A stretch of 45,594 bases of DNA from Sphingobacterium sp. (GCA_028276345.1 JAPYWM010000001.1:1-45594), one strand, 5' to 3'; positions 31,882 to 41,638 are shown, counted from the first letter of the stretch. Notes: generated from the letters alone by a model not told the origin. Numbers and translations are program-made.

Positions 31882-34632
31882 ATGCAGGTGGTGGGCCTTC
31901 TGAGCATATCGGCGGCGTGGGTAGGCGCCCTGTGGGGGAGCTATGCCTTTTGGCGGAGCCGAAAAGCGCCCCCCTGGCAAAAGGCTGCCTACGGAGCCTG
32001 GCTCCTCCATAGTGTAGGGGTGCTTTTAGCGATAGGGCTACTCTTTTACGCCCTCCTTGCTCACCGGTTTGAGTTTCACTATGCCTGGACGCATGGGTCT
32101 AAGCTCCTGCCGACGGCTTATACCCTGGCAGCGGTGTGGGAAGGGCAGGAGGGCAGCTTTCTCTTGTGGCTTTTCTGGCAGGTGGTGCTGGGGTGGGTGC
32201 TTCTTTTCTTGCGCCGCCCCTGGGAAGAGAACGCCTTTCTCTTAGCGGGCCTCTCCGTCTGGAATGCCTTTCTTGCGACTTTCCTACTGGGGGTGACGGT
32301 GCCTCGCTGGGTGCTGGGTATCGGGGCAGGTGGGGCGGCATTCCTCCTGACTGGTGGGGGTATGGCCCTCCCCTGGCGCATGGGGGTAATGGGGGGCATT
32401 CTTCTATCGGTGGCCTTTTTGCCCGTGGGATGGCTAATCGGGCTGGGGGTGGCTCTCATGGGCGTAGGTCTCTGGCGACGATGGCCGGCTAAATGGCTCA
32501 TAGGGGCTGCCGGTCTCTTGTGGGTGCCCCTCTTTGGTGGGCAGTTAGGTAGCTTTCCTTTTCTGTATCTGTGGGAGGTGAGGCCCGACGTGCCGGAGGG
32601 CTTCGTGCCGGCTGATGGCAACGGCCTGAATCCCCTCCTGCAAAGCTTCTGGATGGTCATTCATCCGCCGATGTTGTTTCTGGGCTATGCGCTGACCCTG
32701 CTGCCGTACTTGCAGGCGCTTTATACATTTCGCCAGCCGACGGGTAGTCGTGCGCTTCTGCACTTTACCTGGTTAGCGGCAGGCGGATTGGGCGTGGGGA
32801 TTGCGCTGGGCGCCCTCTGGGCCTACGAAACCCTGAACTTCGGTGGCTACTGGAACTGGGACCCTGTGGAAAACGCCTCGCTCGCCCCGTGGCTCGTTTT
32901 GATTGCAGGCGGACACTTCGTCTGGCTATATCGCCGCACCCGCTCACATGAAACGACAGCGCTTTTCTTCACTGCGCTAAGCTGGCCTCTGGTGCTGTAT
33001 AGCGCATACTTGACCCGCAGTGGCGTCCTCGCAGAAAGCTCTGTCCATAGCTTTACCGACTTGGGGCTGGGCGGTGGACTCGGTTATGGCGTGCTCGTGA
33101 GCCTATTGGCCCCCACGATATGGGCTCTGCGAAAAGCCCAACCGTCTTCCCCCTCTCGCCTCTCGCTCTTTCGCTCTGCCCTGGGAATAGGCGCGCTCAC
33201 TTTCATCGTGATAGCGGGTATCGTGCTGGGGCTGACTTCCTTGCCAGTGCTGAACCTCCTCTTAGGTACAAAGTGGGCCTTGGGACGGGAAGTCTTGCGA
33301 ACCTATTACGAGGCTGTGGCGCCTCTGACGGCATTGGTCCTCTTTCTCATAGGGTATGCTTTCATGGCGGCGTGGCGCCGGCGAGGCTGGAACTGGGTGA
33401 GTGGAATAAGCACGCTCCTGCTATCTGGCATCGTAGGCCTCCTGTGGTACAAGGAATGGGACTTCGTGTATCATGAGGCTTATAGGGGGGCGCTGGAGCG
33501 ATTTTCCATAGAGAGTGTACGGGCGACGGTGTTTCTGATAGTAGATGATCTCCTGCTGGGTGGGGCGCTGGTGACAGTAGGTGGGGCGTTAGCTGTCCTG
33601 TGGCCTCCACGGCGAGCTTCTTGGCCGGGGGCTCTTGCCCATTTAGGCTTTGCCCTCATGGTGATAGGTGCCCTTTTTTCCAGCGGGTATCAGAAAGTTC
33701 TCAGTGTGCCGCTGGGGCCGGGCGCTTCGGGCCAAGGCGATAACCTCCTTATTCCGAAGGGGGCGCAGGTAGCCGCGATGGGCTACTGGGTGCGGTACGA
33801 AGGGCTTCTTCAGCCGATGCCGCCCCTGAAAGACTTCGAGGCTATATTAGCACAGGAGGGGCAGACGCTCTGGCGTTTCCGGGATAGCCTGGGATATGCG
33901 TATCAGATATGGCTACCAGATCAGCTTTTTGCGGAGCGGGGCAGGCCTATCATTCCGGTCTCTTCCCGTCCTCAGGTGCGGTTTATTGAGGAAAACATCG
34001 CTATCCTCCCTGTCGAGCCTGCGGATAATACCTATCGCTATCGGGTCGTGCTCCTTCCCTATTCGGACAGCGTGAAAGCCTACCCGCTTCTTTTGGAGGC
34101 GGACCTCAGCGAAAAGACGGGGCTCCTTGCGCACCCAGCCCATGTGCGACTGTGGCATGGCGACCTGTATGTGCATCTGACGAGCTTACCCCGAGTGGAA
34201 GGCCCGCCCATAGCCGTGCAGGATATCGCCCTATCTATTGGGGATACAGCCCATTGGGAGGAAGAAGGCTTGCACATTTACTTTGAAAAACTTACTGAGG
34301 TGGAGGGGTCATCTGTGCCTACATATCGAGCCTGGATGCAGCTCTGGCGAAGTTTTTCTGGACTTTCGCAGCGCTTTCCGGTGCAGTTTATGATTCAAGA
34401 GCGGGAGCTTCTTACGCCGCCCACGTCTGTACCGGCTTATGGACTAAGCGTGAGCGTAGAGCGGATAGACCCCGCTGCTCGGAAAGTCTACTTTCTCATC
34501 AAGAAGCGACGCAGTCCGGACGCCTTTGTGTCGGTGAAGATTTTGTACAAGCCGCTGATAAGCCTGCTCTGGGGGGGGATTGGGGTGATGCTGGTGGGGC
34601 TTTTGGGGGCGGCCTGGCGGCACCGCGGATAG
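31882..34632 (+). CDS. ccmF: Cytochrome c biogenesis heme lyase, CcmF family
   Basis: Polytopic protein with AAVWEGQEGSFLLWLF, the WWD motif WAYETLNFGGYWNWDPVENASLAPWL, and a CcmF_C-like end VKILYKPLISLLWGG. The start is the ATG at 31882 or the GTG at 31879. No other ccm genes lie adjacent. Confidence 0.7.
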   Translation: MQVVGLLSISAAWVGALWGSYAFWRSRKAPPWQKAAYGAWLLHSVGVLLAIGLLFYALLAHRFEFHYAWTHGSKLLPTAYTLAAVWEGQEGSFLLWLFWQVVLGWVLLFLRRPWEENAFLLAGLSVWNAFLATFLLGVTVPRWVLGIGAGGAAFLLTGGGMALPWRMGVMGGILLSVAFLPVGWLIGLGVALMGVGLWRRWPAKWLIGAAGLLWVPLFGGQLGSFPFLYLWEVRPDVPEGFVPADGNGLNPLLQSFWMVIHPPMLFLGYALTLLPYLQALYTFRQPTGSRALLHFTWLAAGGLGVGIALGALWAYETLNFGGYWNWDPVENASLAPWLVLIAGGHFVWLYRRTRSHETTALFFTALSWPLVLYSAYLTRSGVLAESSVHSFTDLGLGGGLGYGVLVSLLAPTIWALRKAQPSSPSRLSLFRSALGIGALTFIVIAGIVLGLTSLPVLNLLLGTKWALGREVLRTYYEAVAPLTALVLFLIGYAFMAAWRRRGWNWVSGISTLLLSGIVGLLWYKEWDFVYHEAYRGALERFSIESVRATVFLIVDDLLLGGALVTVGGALAVLWPPRRASWPGALAHLGFALMVIGALFSSGYQKVLSVPLGPGASGQGDNLLIPKGAQVAAMGYWVRYEGLLQPMPPLKDFEAILAQEGQTLWRFRDSLGYAYQIWLPDQLFAERGRPIIPVSSRPQVRFIEENIAILPVEPADNTYRYRVVLLPYSDSVKAYPLLLEADLSEKTGLLAHPAHVRLWHGDLYVHLTSLPRVEGPPIAVQDIALSIGDTAHWEEEGLHIYFEKLTEVEGSSVPTYRAWMQLWRSFSGLSQRFPVQFMIQERELLTPPTSVPAYGLSVSVERIDPAARKVYFLIKKRRSPDAFVSVKILYKPLISLLWGGIGVMLVGLLGAAWRHRG

Positions 34633-34701
34633 GATGCGGAGCCTATTAGCGGAGAAAAAAATGGGATAAAGCTGTTTGCGGAGACGTGGTGCGCGCCTAA
34701 C

Positions 34702-37581
34702 TCATTTGCCTTCTTTTGGCTCTTCTACCAGGGGTAGCCATACGCCAAATAGCGTATATCCCGGTTCGCTATGCAGAAGCCTCAGCTGCCCGCCGTGTAG
34801 TTCTACGATTTGTCGGCAGATGGGGAGGCCCAGACCGGTACCTTCTCCGGGCGCCTTTGTCGTAAAGAGCGGGTCAAATATCCGTTCCCGGATTTCGGGC
34901 GGGATGCCATGGCCATTATCCTGGATGAGAATGAGTGCGCGGTTAGCCTCTTCTCGGCGAACTTCTATCCGTAAATAGCCTTTTTCAGGGGGCATGGCTT
35001 GGATGGCGTTTTGAATGAGGTTAGCCCACACTTGGTCCAAGCGGGCGGGGTCGCCTTTTACCCAGAGGGGCTCGGGGGGCCATTGGGTTTCCACGTGGAC
35101 TTTTCGTAAAAGAGGCTTGTAGAAGTCTAATGTTCGACTGAGACTTTCTTGCAGGCTGAAGTGCGTTTCTTCGCTGCTTTCCCGGATTTCTCGGACATAG
35201 GTGCGAATACGTTGTACGCGCTGCTGGAGCTTTTCGGCGGCGACACGCGCTTGGGAGAGGTAGGTGTCTACCTGGACCCAGGTGAGCCAAGTGTGGAGGG
35301 TGTGTGGGCTTTCTAAGAGGGGTGCGAGATCGGGCCACTGGCTGGGCGTGTAGCCTAAGGTGACGAGCTGCTGCAGGAGCGCGGCAGACAGATCGGGGTG
35401 CATTTTTTGCCAGACTTCGTAGAGTGCCCGGCGTTCGGCGGGGGTTTGTGGCGGCTGCTGCGGCTTGATCACCGGTGGGCGCAAGCTCGCTAATCGACTC
35501 TCTACTTCGGAGAGGGCAGACTGAATGATACCCAGCGGGGTGTTGATTTCGTGCGCGATGTGGGCGGCCATCACACCGAGGTTGGCCATGCGTTCATTTT
35601 GGAGGATCTGGGTTTGCTGGCGCTGGACTTTTTCAGATAGGGCGGCTCTTTCAGCAGCCAAACGCCTTTGCAGCTGTCGGTGGTACCATTCCCGCAAGGC
35701 CACTCCCGCACTCAGGAGGAGTAGTACGAGCACGCCTGCCCCCACCCGGGCATAGGTGGTCTTATACCAGGGGGGGATGACCCGGATGACCCATTCATAC
35801 GAGCGGGGCTGGGCGTACCAGGGATGCGACACTAAGAGCCTAAGCGGCACATCGCCTTCTGGGGGGAGATTCAAAAGGAGCTCGCGGCCTGCGGCTACCA
35901 TCAGCGGCTGTTCCCCTATCTGGTAGTATACCGTCGCATGCGCCGGTAAAAACGGTGCTATGACCTCCCAGCTCAGAGAAAGAAACGCTTTTTCGGCGGG
36001 CACTTCGTAGGTGTTGGTTCCGGTGCGCTGGAGGCCGGGGCCCGTGAGCGTAGTCTGTAAGTGCAAGGGTGGCAAGGCTAACTGGCGCTCCGCTATTTCT
36101 ATGAGGCCATGGGAGAGGAGGAGGTAACGTTTGTTTTCTGTGCGCCAGGCAGCTAAGAGCCGGCCCCATGTCGCACTGACTGGCAGGGCGCTGCGGAGCC
36201 ATGGCGCCTCCGAGAGCGTATCCCACCCCGTTCTATGCCGCCAAAGCCATCCTGTCCCTACTCGAATCCCAAGTCGCCCCTCCCATACTCGTCCCTCCTC
36301 GATAAACCCGCCTACCTTCTCCCCTCGCCATCCGCTGCGGGTGTAATAGTACACATACGTTCCACCCCATGCCCATAAGGTGTCATTCGCCCAGCCTACG
36401 CCCTGCACGACCATCGGAAACGTATATCGCCGCCGCTCATTGGAGGCGGTCTGAATGAAGACCTCTTTCCCCACTGCCCAGGCAAGCTTTTCTCCCCGAG
36501 CATCGACGGACTTGATATAATACCCTTGCTCGGCGACGAAGCGACCGGATTCCTCCAGCAGGCCACTGGGGGTAGCCCATAGCCAGAAGCCTTTCTCTGG
36601 GCTATGCCTATAAGCGGCATCAATGAGGATGGCCGGGTAACGGTGGCTGGTGCCCTTCTCGGGGAGGTAAGCGGTTTCGCCTTGCCAGACGACCCAGTGG
36701 GTGGAGTCTTTCTTCCAGCTCGTGAAGCCCCCCGGGAAGGTATGCTGCCAGCGGGCGCTCGTCCGAGGATATAAAGCTGTTAGGCCTGTGGGGCTAAGGA
36801 GCCAGAGAATATCGCCATTTAGGCCTCTGCAGGCCGTGTAGATATCTTCTGGGCCTTTCCAGAGGGGTGTCTTTTCGGGTAGAGTATAGACTTGATTAGC
36901 CTGGATATAATACTGCCCCGTCAAGAGCCGAACGCCTTCTACGACTTTGAAGAGGCCTTTTCGGGTGAGGCGATACAGACCGCCCTGGCGGGAAAGGACC
37001 CATCCCGTTTCGCCCTGCCAGGAGAGGGCTTGCAAGGGAATAGGACAGAGAAAGGCCACTTCCCACCCGGAAGGATAGCCCCTGAGAATGGTATCGCCCT
37101 GCTGTACCCATAGTCCAGCCGTGTCGGCGCCGATAAGGACACCCGGAAGGGGATAGGCCTTGAGCTGGGTCGAGTAAGGTATCCAGAAGCTCCGACTGGT
37201 CCCCCGGATGGCGATGCCGCTGGGGAGCTGCCAGAGCATCTCCCCCCAGCCTGCCTGGGGAAGGGGCAGCGTGTGCGTGTGTCTTTCTTTTTGAAAGTAG
37301 AGGCTATTGAGGCCGGCTATCCAGAGACGCCCCTCGGCATCCACGGCACCTGTCCGGCCTTCCCCCGGTAGAAGCCCCACGCTCTCCCATCGCCCGCCAC
37401 TGAGGCGCCATACCCATCGCCCCTCCCCAAGATAGACTTCTCCCTGTGCCCCCGCCATCAGATAGGCCCCAGGCCCCACCCGTCCATACGGCCCCCCCCA
37501 CTTCTCCCATAAAACCACCAGAAGCCCTATCCATCCCCATACACCCATGCCCCAAAGTAAGCAGGGAAAGCCTATTCTCAA
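34702..37581 (-). CDS. Sensor histidine kinase with an extracytoplasmic beta-propeller-like sensor domain of about 600 aa
   Basis: H-box MAAHIAHEINTPLG, N-box LIQNAIQAM, and G-boxes DNGHGIP / GTGLGLPI. One TM helix near the N-terminus and one (VLVLLLLSAGVAL) before the kinase core. TTG start at 37581; the ATG at 37548 is an alternative. Confidence 0.8.
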   Translation of the reverse strand: MRIGFPCLLWGMGVWGWIGLLVVLWEKWGGPYGRVGPGAYLMAGAQGEVYLGEGRWVWRLSGGRWESVGLLPGEGRTGAVDAEGRLWIAGLNSLYFQKERHTHTLPLPQAGWGEMLWQLPSGIAIRGTSRSFWIPYSTQLKAYPLPGVLIGADTAGLWVQQGDTILRGYPSGWEVAFLCPIPLQALSWQGETGWVLSRQGGLYRLTRKGLFKVVEGVRLLTGQYYIQANQVYTLPEKTPLWKGPEDIYTACRGLNGDILWLLSPTGLTALYPRTSARWQHTFPGGFTSWKKDSTHWVVWQGETAYLPEKGTSHRYPAILIDAAYRHSPEKGFWLWATPSGLLEESGRFVAEQGYYIKSVDARGEKLAWAVGKEVFIQTASNERRRYTFPMVVQGVGWANDTLWAWGGTYVYYYTRSGWRGEKVGGFIEEGRVWEGRLGIRVGTGWLWRHRTGWDTLSEAPWLRSALPVSATWGRLLAAWRTENKRYLLLSHGLIEIAERQLALPPLHLQTTLTGPGLQRTGTNTYEVPAEKAFLSLSWEVIAPFLPAHATVYYQIGEQPLMVAAGRELLLNLPPEGDVPLRLLVSHPWYAQPRSYEWVIRVIPPWYKTTYARVGAGVLVLLLLSAGVALREWYHRQLQRRLAAERAALSEKVQRQQTQILQNERMANLGVMAAHIAHEINTPLGIIQSALSEVESRLASLRPPVIKPQQPPQTPAERRALYEVWQKMHPDLSAALLQQLVTLGYTPSQWPDLAPLLESPHTLHTWLTWVQVDTYLSQARVAAEKLQQRVQRIRTYVREIRESSEETHFSLQESLSRTLDFYKPLLRKVHVETQWPPEPLWVKGDPARLDQVWANLIQNAIQAMPPEKGYLRIEVRREEANRALILIQDNGHGIPPEIRERIFDPLFTTKAPGEGTGLGLPICRQIVELHGGQLRLLHSEPGYTLFGVWLPLVEEPKEGK

Positions 37582-37771
37582 TCAGGCCGGTCCATGACCA
37601 GAGGAGCTACGCAAAAACGACAACCCGGCAATGGGTGTTTCAGCAGAGATTCTTTTCCATGGGATGGATGCAGTAAGACTGATGGCTCTCTGCACAGACG
37701 ATGCGGCGGGATGAAAAACGCTGAGGTCAGATGTGTTTTAGTACGGTCTCTTGACTTTGTCAAAATAGCTA

Positions 37772-37779
37772 TAACTTTG
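37772..37779 (+). promoter_or_regulatory. -7 box TAACTTTG, with a TTG -33-like element at 37751..37753 (18-nt spacer)
   Basis: Exact TAnnTTTG match, 4 nt upstream of the ATG at 37784. Confidence 0.55.
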
Positions 37780-37783
37780 CGGA

Positions 37784-38284
37784 ATGAAAACGTTGCCCAT
37801 TGTAGTGATGGCAGTCCTCTTTGGGATAGCCGTCCCGGGCTTTACACCAAAAGCCCGTTTGCAAGCCGGTGAACCTGATCAGCGTGTAGAAAAAGCCCTC
37901 AAGAAGTTGGGTCTTAAGTACACGGTGGATAAGGATGGCGACTTCAAGCTCATTTTTACCACAGAAGGTGATCGCACGCAGGTAGTTTTTATCAACTCAG
38001 GCACGGAGACGCTTAGAAAGATGGAAATCCGTGAGATTTGGTCACCTGCGGCCAAGTTTTCTTCTACGCCTCCTCCGGCCCTGTCGCAAGCCCTTCTGGA
38101 GAAAAATGGCTCCTTCAAGATTGGCAGTTACGCCTACAAAAAGGCAGGCGATGTTTATTTCCTGGTTTTCAATGTTCAAATATCCGCCAATGCGTCGGCC
38201 GAAGAGCTTCTCTCTGTTGTGATTGGCGTGGCTGAGACGGCGGATGCCACAGAAAGCGACATCATGCAGACGGACGACTTCTAA
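37784..38284 (+). CDS. Secreted hypothetical protein, possibly with a YbjN-like fold
   Basis: Signal peptide MKTLPIVVMAVLFGIAVPG. KALKKLGLKYTVDKDGDFKLIFT...VVFINS resembles the YbjN family. GC content is visibly lower than in the neighbours. Confidence 0.4.
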   Translation: MKTLPIVVMAVLFGIAVPGFTPKARLQAGEPDQRVEKALKKLGLKYTVDKDGDFKLIFTTEGDRTQVVFINSGTETLRKMEIREIWSPAAKFSSTPPPALSQALLEKNGSFKIGSYAYKKAGDVYFLVFNVQISANASAEELLSVVIGVAETADATESDIMQTDDF

Positions 38285-38334
38285 GCCAGGCGCTAACAGC
38301 TATCGAGCTGGGCGCCACAGTGAAAGACCAGCAG

Positions 38335-38362
38335 AAAGGCACCCTGCAGGGTGCCTTTTTTT
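38335..38362 (+). terminator. Rho-independent terminator
   Basis: AAAGGCACCC-TGCA-GGGTGCCTTTTTTT: a 7-bp GC stem (10 bp with A:U extension) followed by a T7 tract. Confidence 0.8.
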
Positions 38363-38523
38363 ATGGGAATACCCCTCAATGGCATCGGCGCGCTTTTAGG
38401 CAGAGTTTACTTCCCCTTACAAGGGCGCTGAAAAGCCTGACAACGACAGGCAAGTCTTCCTATCTCTTTTTACTGCGTTTAGTAAGATCATGCTCGCGGT
38501 GGCGTAGGATTTTTCGTCCGACC

Positions 38524-39366
38524 CTACAAGAGCATATTCCACAGGCGCAGGAGGGTGCTTTTAAGCTGGCGGCGGTCGACAATCAGGTCGATGAAGCCAT
38601 GTTCTAACTGGAACTCGGCTTCCTGGAAGCCAGGGGGGAGGTCTTTACCGGTAGCTTCTCGGATTACCCGTGGCCCGGCAAAACCAATCAGGGCCTTAGG
38701 CTCGGCGATGTTGATATCCCCCAGCATCGCGAAGCTGGCCGTAACTCCCCCCATTGTCGGGTCCGTCAGCACCGAAATGTAGGGCAGCCCTGTCTTGCCG
38801 TATTCGGACAGCCAAGCAGCTGTCTTGGCCATCTGCACCAGGCTTAGCGAACCCTCCATCATCCGAGCCCCACCACTCCGAGAAATAATCAGAAGCGGCA
38901 GACGCTCTTCTACGGCTCGCTGAATGAGCCGCGCGATCCTTTCCCCCACTACGCTTCCCATGCTTCCCCCAATAAACCCAAAGTCCATCACAGCTACCGC
39001 AGCGCGATAGGGGCCGATGTTTCCCACCGCACAGCGAACCGCTTCGGTCAGGCCCGTTTTACGTTGCGCTTCTAAAAGGCGCGTCGTGTAGGGCTTGCTA
39101 TCTACAAAGCCCAGCGGGTCGGTGGGCAGGATATTCTCAAAAAGCACTTCGTATCCATCCTTCTCGAAAAGAATCCTGAAGTACTCCTGGCTGCCGATGG
39201 GCAGGTGGTTGCCACAGTTGGTGCACACATACAGGGAGTTTATGAGGTCCTGAATGTGGAGGGGTTTTTGGCAGTTAGGACATTTGACCCACAGGCCGTC
39301 AGGCGCCCCAATCTTCGCCTCAGATGGCGTGCGGATGCCTTCCTCTTTGCGCAGGTACCAGGTCAT
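38524..39366 (-). CDS. accD: Acetyl-CoA carboxylase carboxyltransferase subunit beta
   Basis: N-terminal zinc ribbon CPNCQKPLHIQDLINSLYVCTNCGNH and the carboxyltransferase core FIGGSMGSVVGE. Confidence 0.9.
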   Translation of the reverse strand: MTWYLRKEEGIRTPSEAKIGAPDGLWVKCPNCQKPLHIQDLINSLYVCTNCGNHLPIGSQEYFRILFEKDGYEVLFENILPTDPLGFVDSKPYTTRLLEAQRKTGLTEAVRCAVGNIGPYRAAVAVMDFGFIGGSMGSVVGERIARLIQRAVEERLPLLIISRSGGARMMEGSLSLVQMAKTAAWLSEYGKTGLPYISVLTDPTMGGVTASFAMLGDINIAEPKALIGFAGPRVIREATGKDLPPGFQEAEFQLEHGFIDLIVDRRQLKSTLLRLWNMLL

Positions 39367-39388
39367 CCTTCCTCAAAGGTAGCGACTT

Positions 39389-39814
39389 TCACGAGAAAAT
39401 CGGCCCCTGTCGGAAACTCACCCGCCGATGGAGATAGTAGCTGAGCGGCAAAGTACCCATAGCCGCTACCCCCCGTACCCAGAAATTCCGCCATAGCATC
39501 GACGGCCAGATAAGATACAAGCCCCGCATGAACCATCCATTCACCAGATATATTACCCCTATGACCACCAAAAACCGAATAAACTGCCGATGCCACTTTT
39601 CTACCTTGGCCGCAAAAGCCCACTGGCGAGACAAACCGAAGTTGGTGATGACCCCGGTGCCGAAGCTCACTGCTAAGGCTATCCAGTGTTCCACCCCCCC
39701 CAGATGGGTCAGCATCCCGTACACCCCCATATCCACCAGCGTCGCCACGCCACCCACGAAGGCATAACGGAAAAATTGTACCTTCGGAAAAGCATGGAGG
39801 CCCCGCTTCTGCAC
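39389..39814 (-). CDS. GtrA-family membrane protein
   Basis: FFRYAFVGGVATLVDMGVY and NFGLSRQWAF motifs, with four hydrophobic segments. GTG start. Confidence 0.75.
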   Translation of the reverse strand: MQKRGLHAFPKVQFFRYAFVGGVATLVDMGVYGMLTHLGGVEHWIALAVSFGTGVITNFGLSRQWAFAAKVEKWHRQFIRFLVVIGVIYLVNGWFMRGLYLIWPSMLWRNFWVRGVAAMGTLPLSYYLHRRVSFRQGPIFS

Positions 39815-40510
39815 ACGGCAAACCTACAAAAGAGTTATGAGGGGCGGACTATCCTCAGTAATATCACGTTGACGCTGGAAAGCGGTCGCCTTTACACCAT
39901 CATGGGCCACTCCGGCTCAGGCAAAACGACCTTGCTCTACCTCTTAGCCCTGCTGGAAAAGCCTGACCAGGGTGAGATTTTCTGGCAAGGGAAGCCCCTA
40001 CTTTCCCTGTCTAATGACGAAAAAGCCCGCTGGCGTAATAGAAATATCGGCTTTGTATTTCAGTTTTTTCATCTCATTGCGGAGCTGCGCGCCTGGGAAA
40101 ATGTCGCGCTGCCAGGCGTGATTGGCGGGGAGCGCTTTGATAGGCTCAAGGCCCGGGCTCTCTCCTGGCTCGAGCGCGTGGGCCTCTCCCACCGGGCTTA
40201 CGCCTTTCCCACGCAGCTTTCCGGTGGCGAGCAGCAGCGCATCGCCATCGCCAGAGCCCTCTTCCTTAGCCCGCGCCTCATCTTAGCCGACGAACCCACC
40301 GGCAACCTGGACACCGAACAGGCTCACCAGGTGTGGGAACTTTTCACCCGCTTGGTGCGGGAGGAGCAGACCGCCCTTCTGGTGGCTACCCACAATCCTG
40401 TCCTTGCGCAGGCCTCGGACGAACGTTGGCTTCTGCGACAAGGGACTCTTCATCCCCTTGCCACCGAAGCGCCTACAGCGCCTTTCTTAGGCTTTCGAGG
40501 GACGAGGTAA
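39794..40510 (+). CDS. ABC transporter ATP-binding protein (LolD/MacB-type)
   Basis: Trimmed to the ATG at 39794. Walker [12 protein letters not shown], signature [15 protein letters not shown], Walker [13 protein letters not shown]. No permease gene is adjacent. Confidence 0.85.
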   Translation: MEAPLLHTANLQKSYEGRTILSNITLTLESGRLYTIMGHSGSGKTTLLYLLALLEKPDQGEIFWQGKPLLSLSNDEKARWRNRNIGFVFQFFHLIAELRAWENVALPGVIGGERFDRLKARALSWLERVGLSHRAYAFPTQLSGGEQQRIAIARALFLSPRLILADEPTGNLDTEQAHQVWELFTRLVREEQTALLVATHNPVLAQASDERWLLRQGTLHPLATEAPTAPFLGFRGTR

Positions 40511-41634
40511 TCACTCAGGCGCTCCGCTTGTACAAAAAGAATCGTCCCTACCACGCTGGATAAGATGACTATGCCCACTATGAGCCCGCTCACAGCCTGC
40601 CCGAGCTGCGCAAAAAGCAGGGAAAACTCCCCTTTTGGTAGGAAACTCAAAGCGGCCCGGTAGCGTCCTCGCGGCCCAAGCCCATACACCCACGCCCCTA
40701 TATAGGTAGAAACCCCCTTCAGCCCCATGCCCAGCAGGCTAAGACTAAGTACTGACAAGCCCGGCACCTGCGTCAGGACCATGGTAGAGGGAATTGCAAA
40801 GAAAAATAGCCCAACTGCCAGCTCCTTGAAAGGAACAAGCATACGACTCGCCGTTTCATAAAATGGGTTCTCTTCCGGGATGAGCACACCTAAAAGAAAA
40901 GTGAGGAGTGCACCTGAGAGCCCTATGGCATGCCCCAAAGCGCCCAATCCCAAAACGAGCCCTACCACCAGAAAAACGGCCAACTCATGCCCGGCAAGGG
41001 GCGTTAGCAACCGTTCAATCAGGTGAAGGCCCCACCGGCTGAGTAGCATAAATACCCCTACGACCATGAGAAAACTTCCTGCCAGAGCCAAGATGCTGTA
41101 TAAAGAACGCTCTGTATGACCCGCACCCCCTAAAAATGTCAGCAGGAGAATACCAATCACATCTTCGAAGATTAGGACGCCGATGAGAAGTTCCGCTTCG
41201 CTACTGGCCAGGCGGCGGGTATCAGCCAGGAGCCTGGCTACGATGACCGTACTGCTGGGGTAGAGAGCCGCGCTCAGTACCAGCGCCTGAGAAAAGGGAT
41301 AAGCCAGCGTAGAGAGGAGCAGCAGCGGCACAAAAAAGTTGACGCCAAAGTCTATCAGGCCGGGTTTCCAGAGGCTGCGACTCATGCGGGCCAGCGCCTC
41401 GGGGGAGTATTCCAGACCGATGAAGAAAAACAGAAGCCAGACCGCCAGCTCCCCAATCAGTGGAAAAGCCTCGGTCAGGGGTAAGGGCACCAAGTAGCGC
41501 CCTAAATACTGACTGATTAGCCCCAGGGCTAAAAAACCCAAGATATTGGGCACGCGGAGCCGCTCCAGCCCATAAATCGCCAGGAAGATGACGATGAAAT
41601 AGACCCCTATGACGCCAAATTCGGTAATGTGCAT
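40450..41634 (-). CDS. Cation:proton antiporter (CPA2 / Kef-type membrane domain)
   Basis: 394-aa polytopic protein whose N-terminus LERLRVPNILGFLALGLI is typical of the Na_H_Exchanger family. Confidence 0.75.
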   Translation of the reverse strand: MHITEFGVIGVYFIVIFLAIYGLERLRVPNILGFLALGLISQYLGRYLVPLPLTEAFPLIGELAVWLLFFFIGLEYSPEALARMSRSLWKPGLIDFGVNFFVPLLLLSTLAYPFSQALVLSAALYPSSTVIVARLLADTRRLASSEAELLIGVLIFEDVIGILLLTFLGGAGHTERSLYSILALAGSFLMVVGVFMLLSRWGLHLIERLLTPLAGHELAVFLVVGLVLGLGALGHAIGLSGALLTFLLGVLIPEENPFYETASRMLVPFKELAVGLFFFAIPSTMVLTQVPGLSVLSLSLLGMGLKGVSTYIGAWVYGLGPRGRYRAALSFLPKGEFSLLFAQLGQAVSGLIVGIVILSSVVGTILFVQAERLSDYLVPRKPKKGAVGASVARG

Positions 41635-41638
41635 GGGC

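Noticed and set aside
37924-37932. A DnaA-box-like 9-mer, GGTGGATAA, and a few two-mismatch variants elsewhere (for example 12078..12086 and 24912..24920), examined as possible oriC markers because dnaA is in the window.
   Set aside because: These are single isolated sites inside coding regions. They form no cluster and have no adjacent AT-rich unwinding element, which is consistent with chance.
38431-38451. A small hairpin, GCCTG-N7-CAGGC, followed by a T-run on the minus strand, considered as the accD terminator.
   Set aside because: The stem is only 5 bp, too weak to list as a feature. The stronger palindromic terminator at 38335..38362 may serve both strands.
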